From NCBI GenBank assembly GCA_032718475.1, contig JAUCBJ010006994.1, positions 1 through 53,529 of the forward strand: 53,529 nucleotides of DNA, read 5' to 3'. Under the pieces are notes generated by a model. That model saw nothing but the letters and a program-made list of their open reading frames with translations. It was not told where the DNA came from and did no database searches. Of the stretch, positions 11,260-23,448 are shown one piece after another (within the stretch, counting starts at the first letter, position 1; each line of letters opens with the position of its first letter). This DNA is from Nemertoderma westbladi (Eukaryota > Animalia > Xenacoelomorpha). The translations under genes and the position numbers were made by a program.

Positions 11260-11830
11260 GTACAGATAATTTGTAGGCTTGACTGTTGGCTAACTGTTGA
11301 TTAGGTCTGAACGGATTGCAGTGTGTGTAGATCATCTGTCCGATAAAGAATGGTTAAGAAGTAGGGGCAGCCATCGCTGTAAGGTAAACCCCCATCTAAA
11401 GAATAAGTCGTACTACTGGGTTAGAACGCATACTACTTAACCATTTCGGAGTCTGCATGTCCTGTGGTTTAATTAGGCCTGATAGGAGTCCGCCAGCGTT
11501 TGGTCTGTACTTTGTTTGTGTAGTCTGTACGGGTAGCGTATAATTTTATTTAGATAATTTGTAGGCTGGATAGTTGTCTTGCTGTTGTTGGGTTTGAGGA
11601 AATTTCGGTGTGTGTAGAGTGTATGTCCGATAAAGAACGGTTAGGAAGTAGGGGCAGCCATCGCTGTAAGGTAAACCCCCATCTAAAGAATAAGTCGTAC
11701 TACTGGGTTAGAACGCATACTACCTAACCATTTCGGAGTCTGCATATACCGTAGTTTGTTTAGGCTTGATAATAGTCTGTCGGTGTTTGGTCTGCATTTT
11801 GTTTGAGTAGTTTGTACGCGTAGCGTAATA
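11260..11830 (+). repeat. Two tandem 287-nt units in the element B leader, each predicted to fold as a long hairpin
   Basis: Cores at 11339-11450 and 11626-11737 are nearly identical; flanks pair with many G-U pairs. Confidence 0.85.
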
Positions 11831-13221
11831 TTTATTATTCAGAGTTTATGCGATTATTCGCAACATTCATTCCCCAAGTTTGTTCCTACAGTAATTGTGT
11901 TTGTTATCCATACTGTTATAGTTAAACTAACCCCGGTACTACACGGGCTGCTTGGCGTAGGTAAAGACTGGTGATTTTGTGCACCGGTCACTCCAGCAGA
12001 TGCCGTGGTTCTTTTAGCTGTTCAAGTATATTTAACTACTGATTATCTGTTGTACAAGTACTCGTACCTAATTTAGGGTTTAGTGTATAGTGCTTTCCGA
12101 AAGTAATTAGTGTAGGCATTATATTTGTGTTGTAAAGTGGTTGATAGGCACGTTCGATTAGCTCTATTAACTTCTAGGTAGGAACACTCCGTGATACATA
12201 ACGTAGTACCTATAGCGATACGGCTATAGGTCGTCAGGCGGTGGTATTTTCCTATCTGGACAACGCAGTGTATTTACTACTACTTATTATTTTCAAATAC
12301 CGTAGTACCCTGTCCGTTGTAATAACCAGATTCTAACCCTTTGTCAGGCTGGTTTGTAGACTTCTTGTAAAATTACCCTAAAAATTCGTATTTTGTGTTT
12401 TTTGTAAATTTTTGTGTTTATTTAGAGATTGTAATCTCAACCCGAATCGTAAGTAATTTGTAGATAAGTAACTTAGAAAGTAGAATTATTTGTTTTAGCG
12501 TCCTATAAGTAGCACTTCACTGAAAGCGCACCGCTTTGTGTAGTGATTACTCCCCAGAAATAATAACATTTATTTCAAATACTGACAAAACCCATTTTAA
12601 ACGGGTATATATATATTATAAATCAACTCAAACGATTTATAAATAGTAGGCCTGCCATACAACAACTAGGTCTCAATATCAGTTGGACTACTACTTAAAT
12701 AACGGTAATAAAGTAAGTTAAAGTAACCAAGTAACCCTAAAATATTCAGAAATTCAATTATTCTAAAATAATTGATATACCGGTATTTACGATAAGCCTA
12801 TTATCTTTATTTCTATAAATTTAGGCTGAAATTATACCGGTACTTTGTAATTAATTCTAGTCCAGAATTATACTTATATATACTATAAACTGTAGGCTGT
12901 ATACCGGTATTCACGATAGGCCTATTATATATTTATATATATTTGTGCTAAAATTATATACCGGTACTCTGAGACAAACCTAGTCTGTACTGTAATAATA
13001 CTTATATATATACTATAAGCATACCGGTATTCTAATATATTATATATATATCACGCTACACTGAGTGAGTAGCAGTATCGGTAATTAATTACTAGGCTAA
13101 CAGTGATACTGAATTACTAGACTTGCTTTAACTGTAATATAGCAGTAGGCATTCAACTGTACAATCAAACATATCTGACACAAAACGGGCACTGTCAGAT
13201 AGTTTTTTGAAAAGTGTTAGA

Positions 13222-16200
13222 ATGAGTCTTCGACTTGGACAGTGTCTTGAAAGGATAGAAGAAAGAAAAGTAGCAGCGGCAGAAGCAGAAAGAAAAGCGG
13301 CAGAGGCAGTGGCAGAAGCAGACTTGAGGAGACAAATCGGAAGACAGGGATTTGCCTCCTCCGATGAAGGTGATATAAGAGATCCCGAAGGTAGAGGTAA
13401 TAAATCTCGTTCAAGCGGACGTAGACGGATGCTCAAGCGGAGGGTACCTCCTGAGGTGAGAATGCATCTGGATAGTGCAGACTATCTAGCGTATTACAGA
13501 ACTCGCTGTGGTACAGAACCCACAGACCAAATTATTACAGTAGAAAGACTCCCTACTATAACAGATGAGCCTGAAATAATTAGTCCTGTTCTCGAAGACA
13601 CCCCTTCGGTGCTAGAGACACCTGTGCTCCCAGAAACCACCTCTAGATTCCCTTTGCACAGCACGAAACTACCTGTGCCCAGTAGGACTGTTCCCGAGTC
13701 CGAACCCATCCTGGACGCCGAGCGAGATATTAATAATTTATCGCCCGTCGTCTCTCGCTCGCCCGCTACAACGTTGGCGACTCCCGCTTCGGCGGTTGAG
13801 TGGGTAGCTGAGGGACGACGGGAGATGGGTCTCCTGCTCGAGCAGCTGAGGGAACACTGTTTGTGCTCCTCTCAGCAGGTCCGGGAAATGGAAGAGACTG
13901 TCCAGCAGCTCAAGGGAACAGTAAGGGAAAGTAGGTTAGAGTTGCAAAAGGTGCAGCAAAGTATCGCGTTAGAACGCGATAAATTAGTGAACACACAAAA
14001 GGGTATACCACCACCCCCTGTAACAATGTGTCAACCCGTTAGGTCTGAAGTATCCCATGCGCAAGGTGTGGAGCCTACACGCATCTATACTGCTAGCGAA
14101 GTAGAAACTCCTATAGTAAACCCTATTAAGGGTAATTATAAACCTGTTGATAATGATATCTCATCTAGACTTGATAATAATCCGAGAAACTTATATACCG
14201 ATAATTCTCTATTCAATAATACGATGGCTCAAGAAAGTTTTACACGCCAAATGGCTAGAACCGAAGCCCGACAAGCGGTAAAGGTTGGAGAGATCGTCAA
14301 GTTCAATGGAGATGAGATGAAATGGTTACCTTTTAATGAATATTACAAAGATAACATACAGAACTCTGTACTATCTAACGGAGAGAAACTTAGATTCCTC
14401 ATCGAATGTTTGGAAGGACCTCCCAAGTCAATGGCGTTAAAATTTATTGGACATCCAGATGGATTAAGACAAGTTTGGGATACACTAAACATCAGGTATG
14501 GTAATAGGACTAACATAGCTAGGTATTTATATGCGAAATTAATGGCGCCCCGAAAGTTTCTTAGCAGCAGGATTATAGAGTTTTCCGATGAGATTCAGGA
14601 GATCTGTAGACAACTAGATTGGTTAGGTAAGTCTCATGAATACCAGAATTCTATGGTTGTAGGAGCCTTAGCATCTACTTTGCCCAAGGGTGGAGTAGGT
14701 ACACGCTGGGACAAGAAGGTGTTATATATGATGGAACAACAACAACGAGACCCTACCATGGCTGATCTCATGTCATTCTTGGATAGCGAGGTGAAATTAC
14801 AGCTCATAAAGCAGTCCAGAGAGAAGACAGCAGAAAGTAAGGTAAGTGAGAAACCCGTTTCTAGAAGAAGGGTAACACCAGTATGTTATACCGACGACAG
14901 TGAAAGCCAAACTTCTCAAGGAGAGGACAGCGGGAAAGACACTGACAGATCTTATTATGTCAATAAAATGCCTAAAGATCAGGTAAGTAAATCCAAGTCT
15001 CGACCCAATGACAGAAGGGAACCGGTACAAAAAACCCCTCCTACGTCTCCTAAAAGAATTCAGGTGAGAAAGCCCGAGGAAAGAACAAGTGTGCACCACA
15101 TAGCACAGGTTAAAGTAAGTAACATCAAGCCGAAATGTGTGCTGTGCGACGGGCCCCACCGTTTGAATGTGTGTGATGAATTCCTGAGGAAATCACTCGA
15201 GGATAGACGTGAAGTCATGTGGGATAAGCGGTTGTGTTATAATTGCCTCAGACGAGGACACCAACGGCGAACCTGTTACTCCGACGCAAGGTGTGCAAAG
15301 TGCGGCGCAAAACATCATATCTTGTTGCACACTGAATTCGAACGAAACAGCTCGAGTCAGGTAAGTGAGTCCGAACTACATGTCCAATTCAGTGATGTGA
15401 ACGACACTGACCAAAGTTCTGAGATGGAAGGATTCTATACGGACGAATTCTCCGACCAAAGTTCTGAAATGGAAGGATTCTATACGGACGAATTCTCCGA
15501 CCAAAACGAATCCTGTTACCTAATAAACACCACCGCAGTGTATCGAGCACTCATGCATGAGAAAGACACAGACAGCGACCTTACCTTAACTATTTCTGAT
15601 CAACAACCATCTTGGAAAGCGCCAACTTCCAATATAGGAATCCGAGAATTTCCTGTAGTCCAGTTACGGGTCCACGGACCTCAGAAGAGCTATATAGTGA
15701 ACACCCTCCTGGACTCCGGTAGCACAGGAACATTCATCGATAAAGAACTAGCCGAAGTCATCTTTGCTGGACAACCCAAGTTCCGAACCAAGCTAAACAT
15801 GTCAGGGATCATGAAGGTTTGGAATTCTACTGTAGCTGCCGACTATTATATAGGTGAGTTGTCCACTCCACAGGATAAACTAGGAGAATACAGTATAAGG
15901 TCAGTAAAAATGGTGGCAATAAAGAACTTCGCTACCACCCAAGTGGAACCTTATAATTGGGACGAAGATGATCATGTCCAACAACTTAACATCCCTAGAT
16001 TCGACACCGATTATCCTGGAGTACAAATATTAATCGGTCAAAACGCGCATGAGGCGCTGGAGACATTAGAGAAACGACCTACTCAACCGCAACCACTTCA
16101 GACCTATGCGGTAAGAACTAGAGTAGGTTGGTACCTTACTGGACCTTCCCGTAGAACGCTCAGGGAAAGACTGCTTCAAGATCGCGTCTGCCAGGTGAGT

Positions 16201-16923
16201 GAATGGGAAGACGATACTAGTGAGGGAGACGACCCAACTGAGGGAACACCACACTCCTCAGATAATGACAATCTTAACTCCAATGTAGATCAATGGAGAT
16301 ATTGCCCCAAGACGATGAATATAGCCGACATCGCTTCCAGAGGAGCAACTCCTCAAGAACTGACAGATACTCCAGACCGGCTAGGTGAACCCGACTTCCT
16401 GAGTAAGGAGGATGAATGGCCTTCCCATCTTACTCCGGCTGAGATTAGACAAGCCAAGGGAGCGGAGAAAGTCAAACCTAAAACCCGGACGGGTGGATCG
16501 GAGTTATTTGAACCCGGGATAGATCTGTCGGTATTACATATTGCCAGGGACGACGCCGTGGATCTGGACCTCCCCACCGCGAGTGGATCCTTCATGAAGA
16601 TCAGAGGGAGCGATTGGAGCTCTGGAACATCAAACGTCTCGCAGGGACTCTTACCTCTCCTGCAGGGAGCGACGGACCACTATAGCTCCTGGAATCGGCT
16701 TTGTAACGCAGTCATATACTTTGAGCGATGTTTCTATCGTCACTATTCCAGGACGAAGAGGAAACCTGGAATTGTATTCGGGATGCAGCGACTCAATCAC
16801 CCAGTCGGTCGTTTGTGTTTACTGGAAGGGAATGGAGGACTCTCCGGAAACTGTGGAAGGCAAGATTCTCTTCCCACGACCACCTCCCTAATCCTTCAAA
16901 CATCTAGGGACTCCATAACGTAA
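13222..16923 (+). CDS. gag: BEL/Pao gag-protease fused to the post-RNase H segment (uninterrupted ORF, about 1233 aa from the first ATG)
   Basis: DUF1759-like KFNGDEMKW..EKLRFLIECLEG; triple Cys/His CVLCDGPH..CYNCLRRGH..CAKCGAKHHILLH; LLDSGS protease; WRYCPKTMNIADIASRG; YSSWNRL. Confidence 0.92.
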   Translation: MSLRLGQCLERIEERKVAAAEAERKAAEAVAEADLRRQIGRQGFASSDEGDIRDPEGRGNKSRSSGRRRMLKRRVPPEVRMHLDSADYLAYYRTRCGTEPTDQIITVERLPTITDEPEIISPVLEDTPSVLETPVLPETTSRFPLHSTKLPVPSRTVPESEPILDAERDINNLSPVVSRSPATTLATPASAVEWVAEGRREMGLLLEQLREHCLCSSQQVREMEETVQQLKGTVRESRLELQKVQQSIALERDKLVNTQKGIPPPPVTMCQPVRSEVSHAQGVEPTRIYTASEVETPIVNPIKGNYKPVDNDISSRLDNNPRNLYTDNSLFNNTMAQESFTRQMARTEARQAVKVGEIVKFNGDEMKWLPFNEYYKDNIQNSVLSNGEKLRFLIECLEGPPKSMALKFIGHPDGLRQVWDTLNIRYGNRTNIARYLYAKLMAPRKFLSSRIIEFSDEIQEICRQLDWLGKSHEYQNSMVVGALASTLPKGGVGTRWDKKVLYMMEQQQRDPTMADLMSFLDSEVKLQLIKQSREKTAESKVSEKPVSRRRVTPVCYTDDSESQTSQGEDSGKDTDRSYYVNKMPKDQVSKSKSRPNDRREPVQKTPPTSPKRIQVRKPEERTSVHHIAQVKVSNIKPKCVLCDGPHRLNVCDEFLRKSLEDRREVMWDKRLCYNCLRRGHQRRTCYSDARCAKCGAKHHILLHTEFERNSSSQVSESELHVQFSDVNDTDQSSEMEGFYTDEFSDQSSEMEGFYTDEFSDQNESCYLINTTAVYRALMHEKDTDSDLTLTISDQQPSWKAPTSNIGIREFPVVQLRVHGPQKSYIVNTLLDSGSTGTFIDKELAEVIFAGQPKFRTKLNMSGIMKVWNSTVAADYYIGELSTPQDKLGEYSIRSVKMVAIKNFATTQVEPYNWDEDDHVQQLNIPRFDTDYPGVQILIGQNAHEALETLEKRPTQPQPLQTYAVRTRVGWYLTGPSRRTLRERLLQDRVCQVSEWEDDTSEGDDPTEGTPHSSDNDNLNSNVDQWRYCPKTMNIADIASRGATPQELTDTPDRLGEPDFLSKEDEWPSHLTPAEIRQAKGAEKVKPKTRTGGSELFEPGIDLSVLHIARDDAVDLDLPTASGSFMKIRGSDWSSGTSNVSQGLLPLLQGATDHYSSWNRLCNAVIYFERCFYRHYSRTKRKPGIVFGMQRLNHPVGRLCLLEGNGGLSGNCGRQDSLPTTTSLILQTSRDSIT

Positions 16924-17473
16924 CAACATATGGAGTGGGTGTGTGACTCTATTATTTTATATTATTTTATTATTTTTATATTTCTGTATGTATTACTATG
17001 TAATTTTATTATAATCGTTTTCTTTAATTTTATTCAGTAGAATGTTATTTTAGCGATTATTTAGTAGATTAGTGCAATATATATTCGCGTTTATTACTTA
17101 ATTACGTATATATTATATTTAATGCGACGGCAAGAAATAATTCTTTTTCTCTTTCCTTACTGTCCGTATCATATTATAAATACGTGACTACAGTAAGATG
17201 AAATGTCCGTACTTATTAAAGTACAATAAAGCCACTACTATATTCAAGTATTATTGGTAGGCAGAGTATTAGGAATGCAAAGTTCAGATCCTCGTGTCTC
17301 GGCTAAACCAAGCTCTGGGTAGACCTTGGAAACGACTTGCCTCTTCACACTGACATTGCTTCGTGCGATATTGCTCTCATACCGTATATTAAATAATACA
17401 TATAGTAGCGTGATGTCCCTTTAACAGTAGCGTATAACGCAAAATAAATCTGTTAAACCCTTTGACCATCTGT

Positions 17474-17750
17474 AATTCTAGTCGATTAAGATATCGCGGC
17501 ACCCACCGATATACTTGAAAGACAAAATTCTAGAATCAGTGGTTAACGTCCCCAGACAAGTTCTGGAATAAATTGGTGCCCATCTCAAATATTAATTATT
17601 TAATATTTACAAATCTATAAATCAAAATCTGTAAAATTCAGATCCTTTAACAATTCTAGTCGATTAAGATATCGTAGCACTTACCGATACTCTTAAAAGA
17701 CAATTTTCATAGAATTAAGGATCTTGTGTCCCCAGACATGTTCTAGAATC
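17474..17750 (+). repeat. Duplicated unit of about 178 nt with a stem-loop
   Basis: AATTCTAGTCGATTAAGATATCG...CCGATA...AAAGACAA and GTCCCCAGACA each occur twice. Confidence 0.75.
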
Positions 17751-18586
17751 AAAATATGTCAATTTAATTATCAAATAATAAAATTTCAGGGAATAAATTT
17801 AAATTCATGCCTTTTAATGAATTTAATAAATTGCCATTTTTACGCAATTTATAACATTCCCAAAATTCCATTAATTAATAGATCATGGGAGCGGAGATTC
17901 ACTATATTAAGTGTATTTGTGTGTGAGAATCTCCAATGTATAGTCAATAGCCGATAAAATTCATAAAATCATATATAGAGAGGATATTGACAATTAAAGA
18001 ATTACTATTAAATAGCATCCCAGATCTGTATGCATGAGAATTACCCTAATTCTACCGCTAGCTTTCCATAATGTCACCATGGCAACAACCACGCTAGAAT
18101 TAGAAGTGAGTTAAAAGAACAATAAAGGGCTTGCGTATTGAATAGCATACGGAATAAATAGCACACCGCTAGTATCCAAAGATACATAATAACAACGTGA
18201 CATTCTGGAAGGCACTTGACTAACGGACAAATGACCCGAATGTGTGATAGAATGTGTACCATTTGTGACTGTTACGTGGAATTTGTGCGTTTGTAGGTGA
18301 ATGTTACTACTAAGGTGTGTTTACAGTAGCGAGTCGCAATTGTGAAAGTAACCCTAACTCTCCAGTAAGAACCTGAAGTATATCTAAGCCTTTGGGACGG
18401 ACGGTGGAGTGGCTCGTGCTGGTTGTTGTAGTCGTTGTGCAGCTACGACGTTGGCGATAGGCACATCGGCGAAAGTACACCAGCGCTGAGGATCTCGCAC
18501 TGTCCGGGGGCAGAGAGGGGTAGGCAGCGACGCCCGCTTGCCTAAATATAAACTCATTATAATATGGATAAACTTATATAGCAGAT

Positions 18587-20120
18587 ATGATTGAGTTGAT
18601 AGAAGATGATCTTGGTATCAGGGAACGATATACTCTACCTTTACAAGCGTTTGTTGATAGCTTGATACGCGGCGACGCTGGTCCGACTACTACGGAGGAC
18701 GATGGTCGTTATATCTAACCACCAATGTCCCGGGAGCAACTTGCGCGTGGGTTAGACTGTAGAAAATTCATCGCTCGCTATACGCATCGTAATGGTACGT
18801 ATATGGACTTCTTAACTACTGGTCATCCTATCGACCTACATGATACGAACGATATAGACACCAAAGGGAAATGGTTTATTTAAATATCATACCCAGCGGA
18901 AGCGGAACGATAAACTGAGACTCGAACACGAAAATTCTATTCGAAACCGACTCGAAAGTGCAGATGTCGAAGTGCCGGATAAACGCAGCGACTCCACCAA
19001 ATACCTGGAATTCTTGAGAGAAACCTACCTCGATATTACCAGTCAACAGAATCTAGAAGCTCGATATCCTCAAGGTATACATCATGACCGCATGGTAGAA
19101 CTCAAACGGCTCTATTCCACTATGATGTATCTTACCGCCGATCGATCGCTACCTGTTGTACCGGATAGCTTCGAACGGATGGAGGAATATTCTAAGCTGG
19201 AGAAAGATCACTCGCGTTTCCCCTACAATACGTGCGTTTCTGGTATTATTGCGATGAATGCCCAAGACCCAACCAACAAACGGAAAGACATAAACATCCG
19301 CGGAGACGTTGCTTTAAACACGGTTTTACTCGCTATACTTGCGGGAGTTTCGAGCGAAACTTGTTCGATGTATCACCTACGCTCGTTCGACTCAGACGAT
19401 CCTTAAATAAACCAATGATCAGAGTTTCGGAATACTCGATCAGAACTCCTCATTCTCCAGTGAGACTTCAGAATCTTGATTTGATCCTATTAGTATGACG
19501 GATCCTCCCGAGCTGTACTCACTGCTCAAAGATCTAGTGTTACTTGAACAATTAGTCGGTGGCACCCCAGTGTGGGCTTCCTAGATACTAGCCCATTCTA
19601 CCTAGCCGGATTGGGACGCGGACATTTAATATCGCCGTTTAACCCTTACCATCGTCCCGTCCCGGCTTAACACGATATAACCTGTCACCAAAGTGGCGGA
19701 GAACGTTATACCAAACGAGTTAAACGCTATTCTACAAAGATCAGAAAGGAAACCTGCGTTTGTTCAGATAAACGTAAGTTGTAACAGCAAGTCCAAGCAA
19801 TAAACGAATTGTCTTTATCTCAGTTCGATTGTAAAATCCAGAATCTCTAAGAAGATATCGAACTTAGGCAACCCCATTCTCTGCAAGAGTTTTTGGATGA
19901 ACGTATCCAGCTACGAGCGGAGGAAAATCAGCTCGAGGAGAAGCATATCGAAACGGCGGATACCCCGACCATAATCCTACACCTTCTGATGCAATCATAT
20001 TGCACCCTTCACCCAGGATTTATAGCCCTCCTAGTAAAGTGGCTCGCCCCAAAGAGAAAAGGACTCTTGATAGCCTCAAAAAACTGCGTAAACGCCGTCT
20101 GCGTAAGAAAGACTAACTGT
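18587..20120 (+). pseudogene. Decayed accessory ORF of element B, homologous to the N-terminus of the element C accessory gene
   Basis: RLYSTMMYLTADRSLPVVPDSFERMEEY (in ORF 18972-19406) and in-frame NPYH at 19641-19652 match the 30501-31589 protein; boundaries approximate. Confidence 0.7.
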
Positions 20121-20194
20121 TTAGAGTATCTTTATATTTTAGAAACTGTGATTTGTTATATTTTATAGACTTAAATCCCATTTTCTGGGAGCGG

Positions 20195-21423
20195 TGTAAA
20201 AGCTTTTGCGTAATTGACCGGTTATTTTCCCCGTAAAGTACTCTGTAGTTGGTTTAGCAGGCATAAAAGGCCGTGTCATTGCTGTATTGGTGTTTTAGGG
20301 GACATAAAAGCTATTTCTTCTGTATGTGTACTTTAGCGGACATAATTAGCAATTCTATGACGCAACGCACTAGATCCTCTTGAAACAGTGTAGTTACTTT
20401 GACGACAGCTAACAGCTGAGCTGTACACGTGGAGCCTTTGCACGGAGCCTTACCTTGGTTCTTTGTTCTGCTCAGCTCAAATGACGACATCTATCAGCTG
20501 TGTCCACGTGGAGCTTTTGGCCAGGAGCTCTGGTTCTTTGTTCGGCCCAGCCAGTTCGACCAATCAGAGATTTCCTCTTTGTGTGAGAGCTGTACAGCAA
20601 AATCACATGACTCAGTACTAACGTTTCCTGAGCCCAGAAAGACCGGCTTTGGAATTTCGGTGTTTTTCAGTCTTTAGCCCAACATTAGTAGGCTTAATTA
20701 TAGAACGTATATCTGTTATCATATTATAACACATATCAATCGTAACTATTCATTGTACTGCTATTTACTGTCGGTTATTCATTATATCAGTTGATGGAAT
20801 ATTATTATATTGGAATAACGATAAATAATTACGAAACCCTCAATCTTCTTGATATACTGAAGGTAAGAGAGACCGGTTACATATAACGATTGCGACTTAC
20901 ATTAGAGTGGTTTTGAAGTGAATCTAATGTTATTTAATAGGCCCTACATGAGTCGGTCTTTGTTCTCTTTATATGTGACTAAAATTGGTGAAGGTCGGCG
21001 GATTGGTGTGCAGCATTGTGCAGTATTGTGTATGATTGTGACCGATAACAAAGCATTTCCTAAAGAATGCGCCATATACGTGAATCTATAGCCATTCCGT
21101 TGTGTCTAGTTTAAGTCATAACTCTGTTTATATAGATAGAGCGCCACGTCCTAAAGGAACTGTTAATATTTCCCGAAGGTGAATAATATTTGTCAGAGAT
21201 TATATAGTACAATCAGTCGAATAATACAGTAGGCCTACCTCGCAATACGATTAGGCTTCCGAATCCAGTCTCCCGGGTATATCCAGCGGGTGAATGGTCG
21301 CGCATAGACTGGCTTCGGCTAATGTAGTGAATCAAATACTTGTCATAGGCTAAAGACGATTTATTATCTAGAAGACATCCTAATTTGGCAGGTTAAACTG
21401 CTAAAGGTCTAAAAGCGCGAACA
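20195..21423 (+). repeat. 3' LTR of element B
   Basis: Preceded by GGGAGCGG; TGTAAAAGC...AAAAGCGCGAACA. Confidence 0.85.
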
Positions 21424-21432
21424 TATACTGTA

Positions 21433-21772
21433 CTGCATAAAAACTAAGCCTATATTTTATAGAAAAATAAATGACTTTCCGTCGCCGCAAAGGGGTAGGA
21501 CTAGGGCAAAAAATAATTAATTTTATCAAAAATATGTTTGAGTTTCGGTGTCTTGGACCAATACGCGCTAATCCTCAACACCATCGTCAGCTGGACAGGG
21601 AATTAGCCAAGTCTATCTATACTGCACCAATGACCTAAAAAGTCGCACCATAAACTCTGTTACCGACCACCTATTCCAAACAGACATCTCACCACAGAAC
21701 ATTGGAACCCATGCGGTAAGGCGACGGAAAGTCATATATTTTCCTATATAATATAGGCTTAGTTTTATGCAG
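21433..21772. mobile_element. MITE with TIRs of about 55 bp and TA flanks (Tc1/mariner-type)
   Basis: CTGCATAAAAACTAAGCCTATATT...GACTTTCCGTCGCC and its reverse complement at about 21720-21772; TA on both sides. Confidence 0.85.
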
Positions 21773-23448
21773 TATACTTACCGGAATCAATTACTGTAGT
21801 ATATTTAGATTAGGAGGTTTGGGTCTAGGGTGCGATACATACTGTACTTGTATGTTGAGCAAGTTTAATATACTGTATGTGTTTTTTGTTTATGCCGTTT
21901 TGTTTGTGTATTTTGATGGCCTTAGGTCTGAGTACTACTGATCCTATGTTTTTTGTTAGTTTGTGGGCTGTGAGACTCTAGTGTTTGACCATATCTTTTA
22001 TACTGTATATATACCATGAAGGCCCGCAATAGTCAGTATGTCATTACATCAATTCAATCAACATCAATTTTCGCATATACTGTAATCTGTAGGTATTAAC
22101 TTTTGTCACTGATGCTCTCCCAGTTGGGCAATTTTATGCTTCACATATTGCTAGCTTACAGATTATACCACACGCAGGGGACGTAAGACTTACTGCAAGG
22201 CACGTTTGGGGAATTATTGCATAGGGAACAATGTAATGTAATTGTAAATGAAATGCATTCAGTTCTCAATATCAAACAAAATAAAAACATATGCAAATAA
22301 CACAATACTGGTTCTACACACAATTGAAGTAGTTTATTTACATGGAAGCTGCTGTGCGAAGTAGGTATAATAAAACTGCAGTTTTTTATCATAGTCCACC
22401 ACCACAGCACACTTGTTGTTCGAGATGTTAATGTAACTAATTGTAGGGGGGGGGGGGGGGGGGGGGGGGGGGCACTGTCTTAAGAACAGTGTTTGGAAAC
22501 GATATTTTACTGTCGAGGCATTTATGGGGAGTTAACCTGAAGATGCCTAGTAAGCCATTATGTAGTTCTTATGAGTGTTACCAAAGCCTCGGGTACCTGC
22601 CGCATAGCAGGAACACTCACGAACGTGTGGGGGTATATATAATATTATCTAATATATATATCATAACGAGATCTAGAATTAGTTACTGTAAGTATAAGGC
22701 CTCAGCACTTACAAACTGCTTCAAAGGGGTACGATAGTTACGTATAAACCGTTCCGTTATATTGTGTTGTTGGCTAGTGGGTGTACTTATGACATACATA
22801 TCACAGGTAGGACACTACTTGGCCTAGTGTGTGATAAGCGCACGATTTACTCGAATCACTTGCATTGCTGGTAAATAGTAGTTACTAGTTGGGAACAATA
22901 TAACAATACTATGGACTCACACATTCGCATTAAATGAACCGAATCTTATTACTGACAGGGCGCATTTACACTCACCGTGAGGAAATCGAGTTGGTTTGAT
23001 CTCTGGTATGACCTACTATAACAGTTAGTAGGTCATGTCTCTGGTCCAATATATTCATCAACAAGTAATGCAATAATAGTAAGTTGCAAATGATTAGTTA
23101 TAAATTGCAAGTGACTAGATAAAATATCGTAGGCCAGTGTAACTAACGTGACTTACTAGGCTATATATTCGATATAATTTACCAAGTTATCAAGGTTAAG
23201 CCTGTCCTATGGAGGCTGACAACAGTTATATATGGATATACAATGCACAATAAAATGGAATCAGCCAATAAGACGTAAGGTTACCGGTTTCGGTAGCTAC
23301 CAATGAGAGTTCAGTAATACTGCAACCGTTGTTAGGCAACAATATAAACAACTTTATGGGCTATTCAATACATTCGAAGCACAAATGTTATATGCATGAA
23401 AACCGAATAATAATACGATGAAAATTTTCTGTAGATTTTAGTATACAG

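Larger units (their letters stand above)
9805..21423 (+). mobile_element. BEL/Pao LTR element B, non-autonomous (gag-PR, RT/IN deleted, decayed 3' accessory ORF)
   Basis: Direct repeats of about 1.2 kb with TGT...ACA ends; BEL gag and protease motifs; GGGAGCGG PPT-like tract before 20195; no matching TSD. Confidence 0.85.

Noticed and set aside
11339-11450. Hammerhead ribozyme
   Set aside because: No CUGAnGA/GAAA core found on either strand
22445-22473. Poly-G run as G-quadruplex element or PPT
   Set aside because: No adjacent LTR identified; G/C homopolymers are frequent throughout this window
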